Below, piece by piece: positions 38,642 through 51,128 of a stretch of 64,000 nt of DNA. Both the position numbers and the translations under genes were made by a program. The notes below the pieces were generated by a model. It searched no databases, was not told the origin of the DNA, and saw only the letters and a program-made list of their open reading frames with translations. The DNA comes from Raja brachyura (taxonomy: Eukaryota). Numbering within the stretch: the first letter of the stretch is position 1; every line of letters begins with the position of its first letter. The stretch lies in assembly GCA_963514005.1 (NCBI GenBank), contig OY740802.1:28396001-28460000 (forward strand), written 5' to 3'.

Positions 38642-40275
38642 GTAAGAACTGTAGAAACAAGGACCTGCAGATGTAAAAAATAAAGACACAAACTGCAGGA
38701 GTAAACAACAGATCGACACAAAAAGCTGGAGTAACTCAGCGGGACAGGCAGCATCTCTGGAGAGAAAGAATGGGTGACGTTTTGGGTCGAGATTTTGGGT
38801 TGATCTATCTTTCCCTCTCAATCCCACCCTCCTGCCTTCTCCCCATACACCCTGACACCTTTACCAATCAAGAATCTGTGAATCTCCGCCTTAAAGATTA
38901 CCCAATGACCTGGCCTCCACAGCCGTCTGTGGCAATGAATTCAACAGATTCACCACCCTTTGACAAGAAATTCGTCCTCATCTCCTTTCTAAAGGTGTGT
39001 CCTTTGATTCTGAGGCTGTGCCCTCAGGTCCTAGATTCTCCACGTGGAAACATCCTCTCCACATCCACTCTAACCAAGCCTTTCCCTATTCAGTAAGTTT
39101 CAATGAGGTCTCCCCTCAACCTTCAAAACTCCAGCGAGTACAGGCCCAGTGCCATCAAATGCTCTTAATCTTTAAGTAAACTCTATATTCTGTTTTCCTT
39201 TAATTCCCTGCTCACTGGCCCGTACTCTCAGACCTCCAACCAAGAGAGATTGATTGTAAGACTCCTAAAAATAGTACCGAGGGTGAATCAGAAGCCAAGA
39301 CACAAGGACCTGCGAGCAGGCATTGGTCATTTAGATATTCACTGTGGAAAGCAAAAAAAGGGGTGGTCTTGATCCCAATAGCCTTGGAGAGTTCCCAACG
39401 GAGGAATAATTTCCTCTGGGCATTTCTGTGGGCCAATTAGTCAGGCATGGGAATGGGAGAGATCAATGCATTCCCAGCTGCTGGAGCCTGCCAGCGTTTG
39501 AGGGGGAATGTGCAGCGATTGATGGGCTTGAAATGGGTGAGCAGATACGCAGAATTCCTCAGAATAATGTGGACTGTTTTGTTTAAAATCGTAAAAACTG
39601 CAAATCTCCGTCCTAATTATGTTGACAAGAGCAGCATGAACTGAATTAAATTCAAAAGGAACGTGGTTTAGAATGTTTTTCCCGTGCCAAATTTGCGGTT
39701 TCTTCATGCGTTTGATTGTGGTGACTGATTTCACGTCTCTTTCAGGTGATGCTGGGGTGGGGGGGGGGGGGGGAGGGGAGCGGTGGTGAGAGAGAAGAAA
39801 GAGAGGACATTGGGTTAGGGCAGAGGATTTTGAGGAGAGGTTAGGGCAAAGTGTCCTTACACAGTGTGAGTTTGTAATATGCAATTGTCTATCGCAAACT
39901 CAAACATTTAGTTTCTCAGCTTACTAATGGAGGCACAAAGTGCTGGGGTAGCTCAGCGGGTCAGGCAGCATCTCTGGAGAACGTGGATGGGCGACGTATC
40001 GGGTCGGGACCCGTCCTTCCTGTGCCTTGTGATTTGTACAGTTTTCAACTGAGCCAATCTAGAATAAATGAGTGTCTATTAATATTTATATGTAGATACA
40101 AGGAGCTGCAGTTGCTGGTTTTACAAAAAAGACACAAAGTGCTGGAGTAACTCAGCGGGTCAGGCAGCATCTGTGGAGGACGATAGCCATACGAGCCCTT
40201 TTGTCAGAGAAGATCAGGTGTTGATTTGGGGGAATAAAAACTCATGCCAGCCCCGTGAATGTAGAGGCCAATTGT

Positions 40276-40303
40276 CTGAAGAAGGGTCTCGACCCGAAAC
40301 GTC
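40276..40303 (+). ncRNA. Minimal hammerhead-ribozyme-like motif in a Penelope-derived terminal repeat
   Basis: CTGAAGA-A-GGGTC-TC-GACCC-GAAA-CG-TC: conserved CUGANGA and GAAA boxes, a perfect stem II, a palindromic ACGT minimal helix III and a GUC triplet. Confidence 0.6.
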
Positions 40304-41425
40304 GCCCATTCCTTCTCTCCAGAGATGCTGCCTGTCCCGCTGAGTTACTCCAGCTTTTTGTGTCTATCTTCGGCCATTTAGAGAGATTGGCGCGCTCAGG
40401 GTTGGCTGCGGGGGGCACCCCGGGGGCATGAAGGTTGAAGGAGGGAGATGGCGCTTCGAGTGATGACCAGATGGAGGCGATGACTGCCACAGACCCTTGT
40501 TACCAGCTGCGGCTACACCCAAACCTGGAGACTCTTGCACATAGACTCAGTGGGCTATTTCTTGCATTATGTGCAAGATAACTGGGTACTGTACCAATGT
40601 ATGGTGGCGGTAGAGTTGCTGCCTTACACAGTCCCTGGTTCAATCCTGACTGTGGGTACTGTCTGTACATAGTTTGTACATTCCCCCCGTGACCACATGG
40701 GTTTGTAGGTTAATTGGCTTTGTTAAAATTGTAAATTGTCCCTAGTGTGCGGAATAATGCTGGTGTACAGGGTGATCGCTGGTCGGTGTGGACTCGGTGT
40801 GCTGAAGGGCCTATTTCCGCGCAGTATCTTTGAACTAAACTAATCTAAACTATGGCAATGATCTCACTGATCAGGACCTTGGCTGAATACCAGAGATTGA
40901 AACATGAATCAAAATTAACAGTCTGAATGGCCCAGGCCACATCATAAAGACATGAGGACTCTTTGTCTGTCCTACGGTTCAACCGAATCAAGGCCGACCT
41001 GCATCACAAGCCCGCTTTCTATGCCAGTCCCCATATCCCTTGGTTGGCATCCAATAGTTTAGTTTAAGTGGGAGATCAGGACTGAATCTGGGTGTCCTGC
41101 GCTGCGAGGCAGCAGCACTAACATCTTCCCCATGAGCCACCGATTCTTAAAAGTGAACAGGTACTGCATGCCGATGAACAAATGCGATTGGTTAGTGGTC
41201 CGTGTAAAATACTGGCATTCATTGCAAACTGTGGCCAACAAGTGTTATCAGTTTGACTTAGTTTATTCTAAAGATAGTTGCGTGCTATGCAGTCAGCGAT
41301 TAAAACTATACATGATTACACATAAGCTATCCACGTGTGCAGATGCGGGATAAAGAGAATAACGTCAGTGCAAGGTAAAGTCTGATAAAAGGGAGTCGGA
41401 GGGACCACAATGAGGTAGATGGGAG

Positions 41426-41720
41426 TGTTTAAGAAGGAACTGCAGACGCTGGAAAATCAAAGGTAGACAAAAATGCTGGAGAAACTCAGTGGGAGAGGGG
41501 GGTGGAAGATTGCAACCTTCACGTGGTCCGCCCTGTTTCGACTAATGTAATCAACTCGACATGCACAAGCAGAAGATCAAATAGAGGTGGCCACACGAAA
41601 GAAGAAGAAGAAACGGGTGCAGCAGCATCTATGGAGCAAAGGAAATAGGCAACGTTTCGGGCCGAGACCCTTCTGAAGAAGACTGAAGAAGGGTTTCGGC
41701 CCGAAACGTTGCCTATTTCC
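41426..41720. mobile_element. Penelope-derived inverted-repeat element with 14-bp TSD
   Basis: gaggtagatgggag at 41412-41425 and 41721-41734. Internal inverted hammerhead-like motif at about 41650-41712. Confidence 0.8.
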
Positions 41721-41927
41721 GAGGTAGATGGGAGGTTAGGACTGCTCTCCAGTTAGTGATAGGGTGGTTCAGTTGCTTGACAACAGATGGGAAGAAACTC
41801 CCTGAATTCGAGGTGTACAAATTCACACAATTCATACCTCTAGCCTGAGGGGAGAAGCGGGAGTGACCAGGGTGAGACCAGTCCTTGATTATGCTGGTGA
41901 CCTTGCCGAGGCAGCTTGGAGTTTAGA

Positions 41928-42622
41928 TCATAATCATCATCATCATCATAATCATACTGTATTAGCCAAGTATGTTTTGCAACATATGAGGAATTTGATT
42001 TGCCATAGAGTCATACCAATAAAAAGTAACTAAACACACAAAATACATTTTAACATGAACATCCACCACAGCAACTCCTCCACATTCCTCACTGTGATGG
42101 AGGGCGAGAAAAAAAGTTCAATCTCTTCCCTTCTTTGGGGGCCTCGAGCCTTCAGTTGACGGGACAATCTCAGCTCTGCCGCGCCGGGCGATCGGACCCA
42201 GGGTCGGGGCCAGTCGAACCTCTTGCGGCTGTGGAGCTTCCTGACATTGGTGTCTGCCCGAGACTGCGAGCTCCTCGATGGTGAAATCCGCAGGCTGTAT
42301 TTGGAGCGTCGATCCCAGGCAAGGTATCGCAGGCTCCGATGGTGATTCCATGGCCCCGCGGTGGGGCTCAAAGTCAGTCTCGAGCAAGGCTGCCAGCTCC
42401 ATGATGTTAGGCCGCAGAGCGACCGGAGATACGATCCGGAATACAATCGCAAGGTAAGAGATTGAGAAAAAGGTTTTTCCCGGACCCCCTCCCACATCCC
42501 CCACATAAAACAAACCAGAGAACATTAACACATACTTTTTAAAACACACTAAAAATAACAAAAAAGACGAAAAGACAGACAGACCATTGGCGAGGCTGCC
42601 ATGGCTGACGGCGCCACCCGGT
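41928..42622 (-). mobile_element. Non-autonomous GC-rich retroposon with (GAT)n tail inserted in a Rex/Babar fragment
   Basis: (atc)n run at 41928-41953. The host sequence ...gagtttagat|ggagtcgatggaagg... is rejoined across the insert. No coding homology seen. Confidence 0.6.
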
Positions 42623-43859
42623 GGATGGAGTCGATGGAAGGGAGGTTGGTTTTGTGTGATGGTCTGGGCAACATCCACAACTGTCTGCAATTTCTTGTGG
42701 TCTTAGATGGACAATTCCCTAACCGTGCTGTGATGTATCCCGATAAAATGCTTTCTACGGCGCATCTGTAGAAGTTGGAGAGAGTTGTTGGGGATCAGAA
42801 CAATACGGCACAGAAACGGGCCCTTCGGCCCACGATGTTTGTGCCAGACATGATGTCAAGTTAGACTGATCTCATCCGATTGTACATGATGCATGTCCCT
42901 CTATTCCCTACACTTCCATGCACCCTATACAATAACCAATCAATAACCCCCGGCAGTGAAACCCCAAGGTATGCAAGCCTCTGAGAAAAACAACTTCTCC
43001 CCATCTTCATCCTAAATGATGCTGGGATTATGCTCCTGTTTTTCTTATCCATCCACTCAGAATCTTGTACATCTCAAGCACAGAGAGGGAAAGAGAGAAA
43101 ATGCTTTAATTATCTTAACTGTATTGAGTACAGGATGTGTGGTAAATTCAGCATCTAACAATATTAATCCCTCAGCCAACAGCCCTGAACGATGATTATC
43201 TGGTAATTAATATAATTGCATTGTGTGGGAGCCTACGATGTACATTTTATCAGGCGAGGGGATTGAGGTACAGAGTTGAGGTACAGCATATTTGACGGAG
43301 CAGGCTTGAGGGGCTGAATAGCCACCACTGTTCCCACGTTGTGTCTGTATTGTTTGTTTTGTTGCTGATTGTGCAGCGGTGGAGTCGCTGATTCACAGTG
43401 CCAGGATCGATCCTGACTACAGGTGCTGTCTGTACGGAGTTTGTACGTTCTCCCTGTGACCATGTGGGTTTTCTCTGGGTGCTCCGGCTTCCTCCCACAC
43501 TCCAAAGACATGCAGGTTTGTAGGGTAATGGGCTTCTGTGAATTGGCCCAAGTCTGTGGGATGGAACTAGTGTACAAGTGTGGTCGCTGGCCGGTGCGGA
43601 CTCGGTGGGCCGAAGTGTCCGTTTCCATGTTGCATCTTTAAACGAAAAACTAAACTAAATTTGTAAAGTGTCAAATTATTCCTTGTGGGTAGGATAGTGC
43701 TGGTGTAACAGCTGATCACTGGTTAGTGTGGACTCGACGGGCGGAAGGGACTGTTTCTGCGCTGTATCTCTAAAGTCTAAAGTTTAAATGTATGGAATAG
43801 TCAAGACTTGGTTAATTCAGCCCTGCTAATATTAATGCAAGCGTTTATGTGTTCCATGA

Positions 43860-44462
<603 letters not shown>

Positions 44463-45819
44463 TGAGCATGCAATCTTCCTTTTTTTTATTTTTTAAAGAT
44501 GATTATTTGAATTTAGGGCAGCACGGTGGTGCATCCGGTACAGCCACTGCCTCACGGCACCAGAGACCGGAACCCGGATTCGATCTTGACCTTGGGTGCC
44601 ATCTGTGTAGGGTTTGAACTTGGTGATATGGTTTCCTCCCACTCCCCAAAGATGTGCGGGTCACAGATTAATTGGCCCTCTGTAAAATTCGCCCCCCTCC
44701 CCAGTGTGTAGGAAGTGGATGAGAAAGTGGGTAACATAGTTTTAACATTATACGTTTAGAGATACAATGCAGAAACAGGCCCTTTGACTCACCGAAGCTA
44801 GACACAAAGAGCTGGAGTGGCTCAGAGTGACAGGCAGCAGCTCTGGAGAGGAGGAATGGGTGACGTTTTGGGTCTTGACCTGAAACGTCACCCATGCCTT
44901 CTCTCCAGAGCTGCTGTCTGTCCCGCTGAGTTACTCCAGCTTTTTGAGTCTATCTTCAGTTTAAACCAGCATCTGCAGTTCCTTCTTACACCTTTGATTC
45001 ACTGAGTCAGTGCTGGCCATCGATCCCCGTGCACTAGCACTATCCAACACGCTTGTGACAAGTTACAATTTTTACCGAATTTTAACCTACAAACTTGTCG
45101 ATACATCTTTGGAGTGTGGGAGGAAACCAGAGCACCTGGAGAAAACGCATGTGGTCACGGGGATAACGTACAAACTCCACACAGACAGTGCCAGTAGTAA
45201 GGATCGAACCCGGATCTCAGGCCCGTACCTGTATGGCAGCAACTCCACCGTTGCGCCACCGTGAGTGAAAGATGATCAATGGTCGGCATGGACTCAATAG
45301 ACCGAAGGGCCTCTTTCCATGCTATATCTCTGAACCAAACTAAATTAAAAATTAAGCATTTCTTTACTTTTAATGTGGGTATGGTCTGATTGAATTTTGA
45401 TTGAAAGATTAAGCATGGAAACAGCCCCTTCAGCCTATCCAGTCCTGGCCAGCCATCGGTCACCTGTTCACACTGGCTGCATGTAATCCCACTTTCTCAT
45501 CCACTCCCTACACCCTGGGGATAATTTACAGAGGCCAAACTAACCTACAAACCTGCAAGTCTTTGGGATGTAAAGTGTGTCCCTGTTGCGTAACTAGTTC
45601 AAAGGATTTATGATGTGAATGTGGCTTTGCCACTGATTTTCTTTTTACCAAGAGTGTGTTGGCATGGCAACGGGCTGAATGAAGGCTCACAAGTCACCCC
45701 AGGATCGTGCAATCTGGGTTTAATAACAGAGAAGGTAGTTAGCCTGCGTGACACTCCGTTAGACAAAGAGCACCTCTCCTTCATGGTTAGAAAGCACGAT
45801 GCAGTGCTGGCATACGTTC

Positions 45820-46890
45820 ATGAGTTCTAGGAGCAGAAATAGGCCATTCGGCCCATCTAGTTACTCTGCCATTTAATCATGGCTGATCTATCTTTTCCTC
45901 TCGACCCCATTTTGCAGCCTTCTCCCCATCCACAGTGTACAGATACAGGATAAAGTTCATTCGTTCAGAAGTTCTTAAGATCGAGGAGTAGAATTAGGTC
46001 ATTCGGCCCACCCAGTCTACTCCCACATTCAATCATGGCTGATCTACCTTCCCCTCTCAACCCCATTCTCCTGCCTTCTCCCCATAACTCCTGGCACCCG
46101 TACTAATCAAGAACCTGTCAATCTCTGCCTTAAAAATATCCATTGACTTGGCCTCCACAGCCGTCTGTGGCAATGAATTCCACAGATTCACCAATCTGAC
46201 TCGAGAAATTCCTCCTCATCTCCTTTCTAAAGGAACATCCTTTTATCCTGCGGCTCTGCCCTCTGGTCCTAGACTGCCGCACTAGTGGATACATTCTTTC
46301 CACATCCACTCTATTCAGGTGTAAATATTCCTCCATTTGAAGTTGTTCTATCATTGTTTATTCATGGTTGATCTACATTGTAACTCCATCCACCTTTCCT
46401 GGTTCCTAAAACCATATGTCCCATATCCCTCTAACTCTTTCCTCTCCATGTACCTGTCCAAGTGTATTCTATATGTTGTTATAGAACAACACCTCAACTA
46501 CCTCCTTTGGCAGCTCCTTTCATTTGCCCACCACGTCCTGAGTGAAAATGTGGCCCCTCGGGTTTCCGTTAAATCTTTCTCCTCTCACTTTAAACCTGTG
46601 ACCTCTGGTTTTTGATTCCCCTACTCTGGATAAAAGACTGGATATTCAACCCTCTCTATTCCCCTCATGTTTTTATATATCTCTATAAGATCACTCCTGA
46701 TCCTCCTGTGCTCCAAGGTATAAAGCCCTAGCCTGCATGCATTATCTGTCTGCTGACCGGTTAGCACGCAACAAAAGCTTTTCAATGTGACAATGAACTG
46801 AACTAAAACTAAACTGCCCAACCTCTCCCGATAGCTCAGGTCCTCGAATCCAGGCAACATCCTTGTGAATATTCTCTGCGCTTTTTCCAG
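45820..46890 (-). mobile_element. Cluster of CR1-clade 3' fragments
   Basis: Reverse frames give RMYPLVRQSRTRGQS and LPGFEDLSYRERLGSL...GLYTLEHRRIRSDLIEIYK. Confidence 0.8.
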
Positions 46891-47108
46891 CTTATAACAA
46901 GGTGACCTGTGTAATATGAGGCCTAAACCTCTCGCATTGTTTTAAAAAAAAACAATTCATTAAATCCATGAGGGATGATGATTTGTCATCCTTTTATCTG
47001 GTTTGGTCTGAGCATGATTTCAGATCCACTATAATGTAGCTGATTGTTAATCTTTCTCCAAGGTGACCCAGCAATCTGCATTCTAGGAGAAGGTAGAATG
47101 TTTTAAAC

Positions 47109-47457
47109 CAGGGGTGAGGAACCCTTTCATGTTGGAATGTCGCATTGTTAACTATCATCTAATAAGGCCGCACCCAAGAAACTTCAATTAGACATTTCAA
47201 AATGTACATTATTTTATTAAAATACCCCTCAAGACTTACTAATGTTTTAATTGTGGCCGTCAGTCGGGGAGGATTATTTAGTTTAATCTTCTTTTACTCT
47301 TTGGTATTTTAAATATGTTCATTTTAAGATTAAAATAAAAATAATAAAAGACGAACAAAAACATATTAATAATAATAAAAAGAGTTGTTGTACAAAATTT
47401 GGATTCATTCAAAAGGCCGCACTTAATGGTCTTAAGGCCGCAGGTTCCCCACCCCTG
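47109..47457. mobile_element. hAT (Charlie-like) MITE
   Basis: TIRs caggggtgaggaacc and ggttccccacccctg (14/15 match). 8-bp TSD ttttaaac/ctttaaac. AT-rich non-coding interior. Confidence 0.85.
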
Positions 47458-48844
47458 CTTTAAACAATGACAGAGATAGAGTTATACCAAGTAAGGTAGG
47501 GCAATGTCCAATACACCTCAACCCCTTTGCAGGCTTGGACTTTGTTTATGGAGCTGATGTGCTACAATGCTGAGAACGATATCCTGCACTCTGTAACCCT
47601 CTCCTTCACTCTACCTACTTACTGTACTAGAGTTTGGCTTGATTGTGAAGATAGACACAAAAAGCTGGAGTAACTCAGCGGGACAGGCAGCATCTCTGGT
47701 GTCGAGACCCTTCCTCAGACTGGCGTGATTGTATTGTAGACATGCCAGGGTACTAGCCGATTCACCTCGACCTCATTGCCGACGTTGGCCTTTGTCTCTG
47801 GAACTGATGCGCTACAATGCTGAGAACTATATTCTGTGTCTTTTCCGCTTGCTCTATATATTGCACTTCAAATGTATTATATATAGTATCATATTGGATA
47901 GTACACAAAACAAAGCTTTTCACCCGACACATGACAATAGTAATGTTTTACTGTTATTACAATACTAAACCTAAACTTGCAAACTAGCTTTTCGGCCAAA
48001 CTCGGACTGAGGTCTCCATTAGAGCTAATCCCACGTACCTGCATTTGGCCCGTATCTCTCGAAACTTCCGATCCACATAGTTGTCCAAATATGTTGTAAG
48101 TGGATCCTCTCTGCCTGCTTGTTCCATTAACGCTCTACTCTCTGTGTGGAAAGTGGTGCCCCTCAGCTACCCAATAAATCTTTCCACTCTCACCTGGGGG
48201 GGGGGAAGACTGACCATTCACCTTATCTATGGCCCTCCCGACATGAATACCTCTATAATGTCACCTCCCTGGTCCACCTGTCACCATATAACACAAACCT
48301 TCTAGTCCTGGTAACACCCTTGTGAATCCTCTCTGCACCCGTACCAGCTCAATTACATCAATGCCCAGATTCCATGAACAAATATATATTTTTTATAAAC
48401 CAGTGCATCATGAACTCTTTCTATCCACCTTTGCCTCATTCAATACAATAGAATAACAAATAGTTTATCCACCGATAGACACAAAGTGCTGGAGCTACTC
48501 AGCGGGTCAAGCAGCATCTCTGGAGAAAATGGATGGGTGACGATTGGGGTCAAAACCCTGCTTCAGACTCTCTTCCATTCTCTGTCACACGTCCCTTTTC
48601 TCCAAAGACGCTGCCTGACCCGCTGAGTCACTCCAGCACTCTGTATCTATCTTTGGGATCTATTTATTTATTTAATTCTTTATTTCGAACAGAATAAAAA
48701 GCAAGTGTGAAACAGCATACAAAAAACAAAACAAGAACATTTATAAATGTCATAAACAGTATCTATAAATAAATTAAATCGTATTGTGTCCAAAAAGGTA
48801 GAAGCCAAACCTTACTAATTCCCACCCCTTATTCAACTGCTTAT

Positions 48845-49231
48845 AACCATATAACCATATAACAATTACAGCACGGAAACAGGCCATCTCGGCCCTTCAA
48901 GTCCGTGCCGAACAACTTTTTTCCCTTAGTCCCACCTGCCTGCACTCATACCATAACCCTCCATACCCTTCTCATCCATATGCCTATCCAATTTATTTTT
49001 AAATGATACCAACGAACCTGCCGCCACCACTTCCACTGGAAGCTCATTCCACACCGCTACCACTCTCTGAGTAAAGAAGTTCCCCCTCATGTTACCCCTA
49101 AACCTCTGTCCCTTAATTCTAAAGTCATGTCCTCTTGTTTGAATCTTCCCTATTCTCAAAGGGAAAAGCTTGTCCACATTAACTCTGTCTATCCCTCTCA
49201 TCATTTTAAAGACCTCTATCAAGTCCCCCCC
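48845..49231 (-). mobile_element. CR1-clade LINE 3' fragment with (TTATATGG)n tail and cttataa TSD
   Basis: LIEVFKMMRGIDRVNVDKLFP...FFTQRVVAVWNELP. cttataa occurs at 48840 and 49232. Confidence 0.85.
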
Positions 49232-49522
49232 CTTATAATTATCTTATACAAATTTAGCAGCTATATGTACACCATATGTACACCAACAGCTATATATTTA
49301 CATTTATACACTAATCAAATATTTACAAAGCCATACAAAAAAAGAGAGAAAAAGAAAAAGCCCTGATATACTACACAGTATCTCTTAGTCATATATACAA
49401 CCCACCACCCTATAACCACCATTCCCAATACAATCAGTATAACAAATATCCCACTATAAACCAGCATCTGCAGTTCCTACCTACACATCACTATAATGTC
49501 GTCCCTTATTGTTAAATTCCAG

Positions 49523-49615
49523 TAACCCAACGTATCAATGAACTAATGGAAATGAAAAATAAGAAGTTCTCAAAGTCAAGGAAGAAGAGGAAACAGAATA
49601 TCGAGGAGGAAGAGG
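49523..49615 (+). CDS. ARHGAP39: ARHGAP39-like 93-nt symmetric (phase 1-1) exon, basic insert in MyTH4
   Basis: Acceptor aattccag|TA and donor GAGG|gtaagt. Reads (I)TQRINELMEMKNKKFSKSRKKRKQNIEEEE(D), resembling the 31-aa alternative exon of ARHGAP39 (VTQHIKELLE...). Not in the ORF track. Confidence 0.88.
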
Positions 49616-51128
49616 GTAAGTTCTGAGTGGGTTTGATGCGCTGCCACTCGTTTATTCCATCACAGGATGTGTACATCATTGGCAAAGCATGTTGTACTTC
49701 CCTGGTTCATTTACTGCAGTCAGAGACTTTTTTTCCAGGGTATAAATGTTAAAGACTAGAAGGCATAGCGATAGGGTGAGAGGGGCAAAGCTTAAATAAT
49801 CACACAGGGCAGATTTGCCCTTTAGAGGGAGGGTATAGGGTGGTGGGGACCTGGAACGTACTGCTGATGGTAGATGCACATCCAGTAAGGAAACTGTAGA
49901 GGCTTTTAGATGGGCACGTGAATATGTAGGGAATGGCGCAATATGGATCATATGCAGGCCGAGGATTTTAGTGCAACTTGACATCAGGTTCAACACGGTC
50001 ACTGTGGGCCGAAGGGCCTGTTCCCGTGCTGTACTGTTCTGCGTTCTTGCATGACTGCAATCTAAACTTATCTAAATAATTCAATCTAAGGTTGAAGCAA
50101 TGGTAATGTAGCCAGGTAGAGAGAGAGAGTATGGAAACAGGCCCTTCGCCCACTGAGTCTAAGCTGACCAAGTACCCATTCTAACATCAATCCAACCCGA
50201 ACCCATTTTATCTTGCCTACATATCCATCAACTTCTCGCTAGATTCCACCTCTCATCTTTACACTCGGGAATTTACAGCGGCAAATTAACCAGACCGGCC
50301 CGGCTGCAGAATCTGTGGAATACGTTGCCACTGTTGACTGTGGGGGACAAGTCATTGCAGAGATGGATAGGTTCTTGATTAGTTAGAGCGTCAAATGTTA
50401 CAGGGAGAAGGCAGGAGAATGAGGTTGAGAGGGAAAAATAGACCAGCAGTGGTTGAATGGTGGAGCATACTCGATGGGCCGAATGGACGCTATATCACCT
50501 CAAAACACTTGCCTCTTATCAGCTCCTTCGCTGATCGAGCCTCCTCCCAGCACAGCCCTATGCTGTGACATTCCTCCTTCAACCTCATTGAAACGTACAG
50601 AATAATGAAAGGCTTGGATAGAATGGATGTGGAGAGGATGTTTCCACTCGTGGGAGAGTCTGGGACTAGAAGTCATAGCCTCAGAATTAAAGGACGTTCT
50701 TTCAGGAAGAAGATGAGGAGGAATTTCTTTACAGACAGAGGATGGTGAATCTGTGGAATTCTTTGCCACAGAAGGCTGTGGAGGCTGTCAGTTAATATAT
50801 TTAAGGCAGAGATTGATAGATTCTTGATTAGAACGGGTGTTAGAGGTAATGGGGAGAAGGCAGAAGAATAGAGTTAGGAGGGAGAGATAGATCAGCCATG
50901 ATTGAATGGTGGAGTAGACTTGATGGGCTGAATGGCCTAATTCTGCTCCGAGCACTTGTGATCTTATGAAAATTGTTTCTTCCGCCTTTGATCAGCCATG
51001 ATTGAATTGCGGAGTAGACTGGATGGGCTGAATGGCCTAATTCTGCATGTTTTTATTATTGGATTGAACCAACTCTGCTGGAGCTGTGGGGCAGTGGCTC
51101 TGTTTCCTGCACCACCATGCTCTCTATA

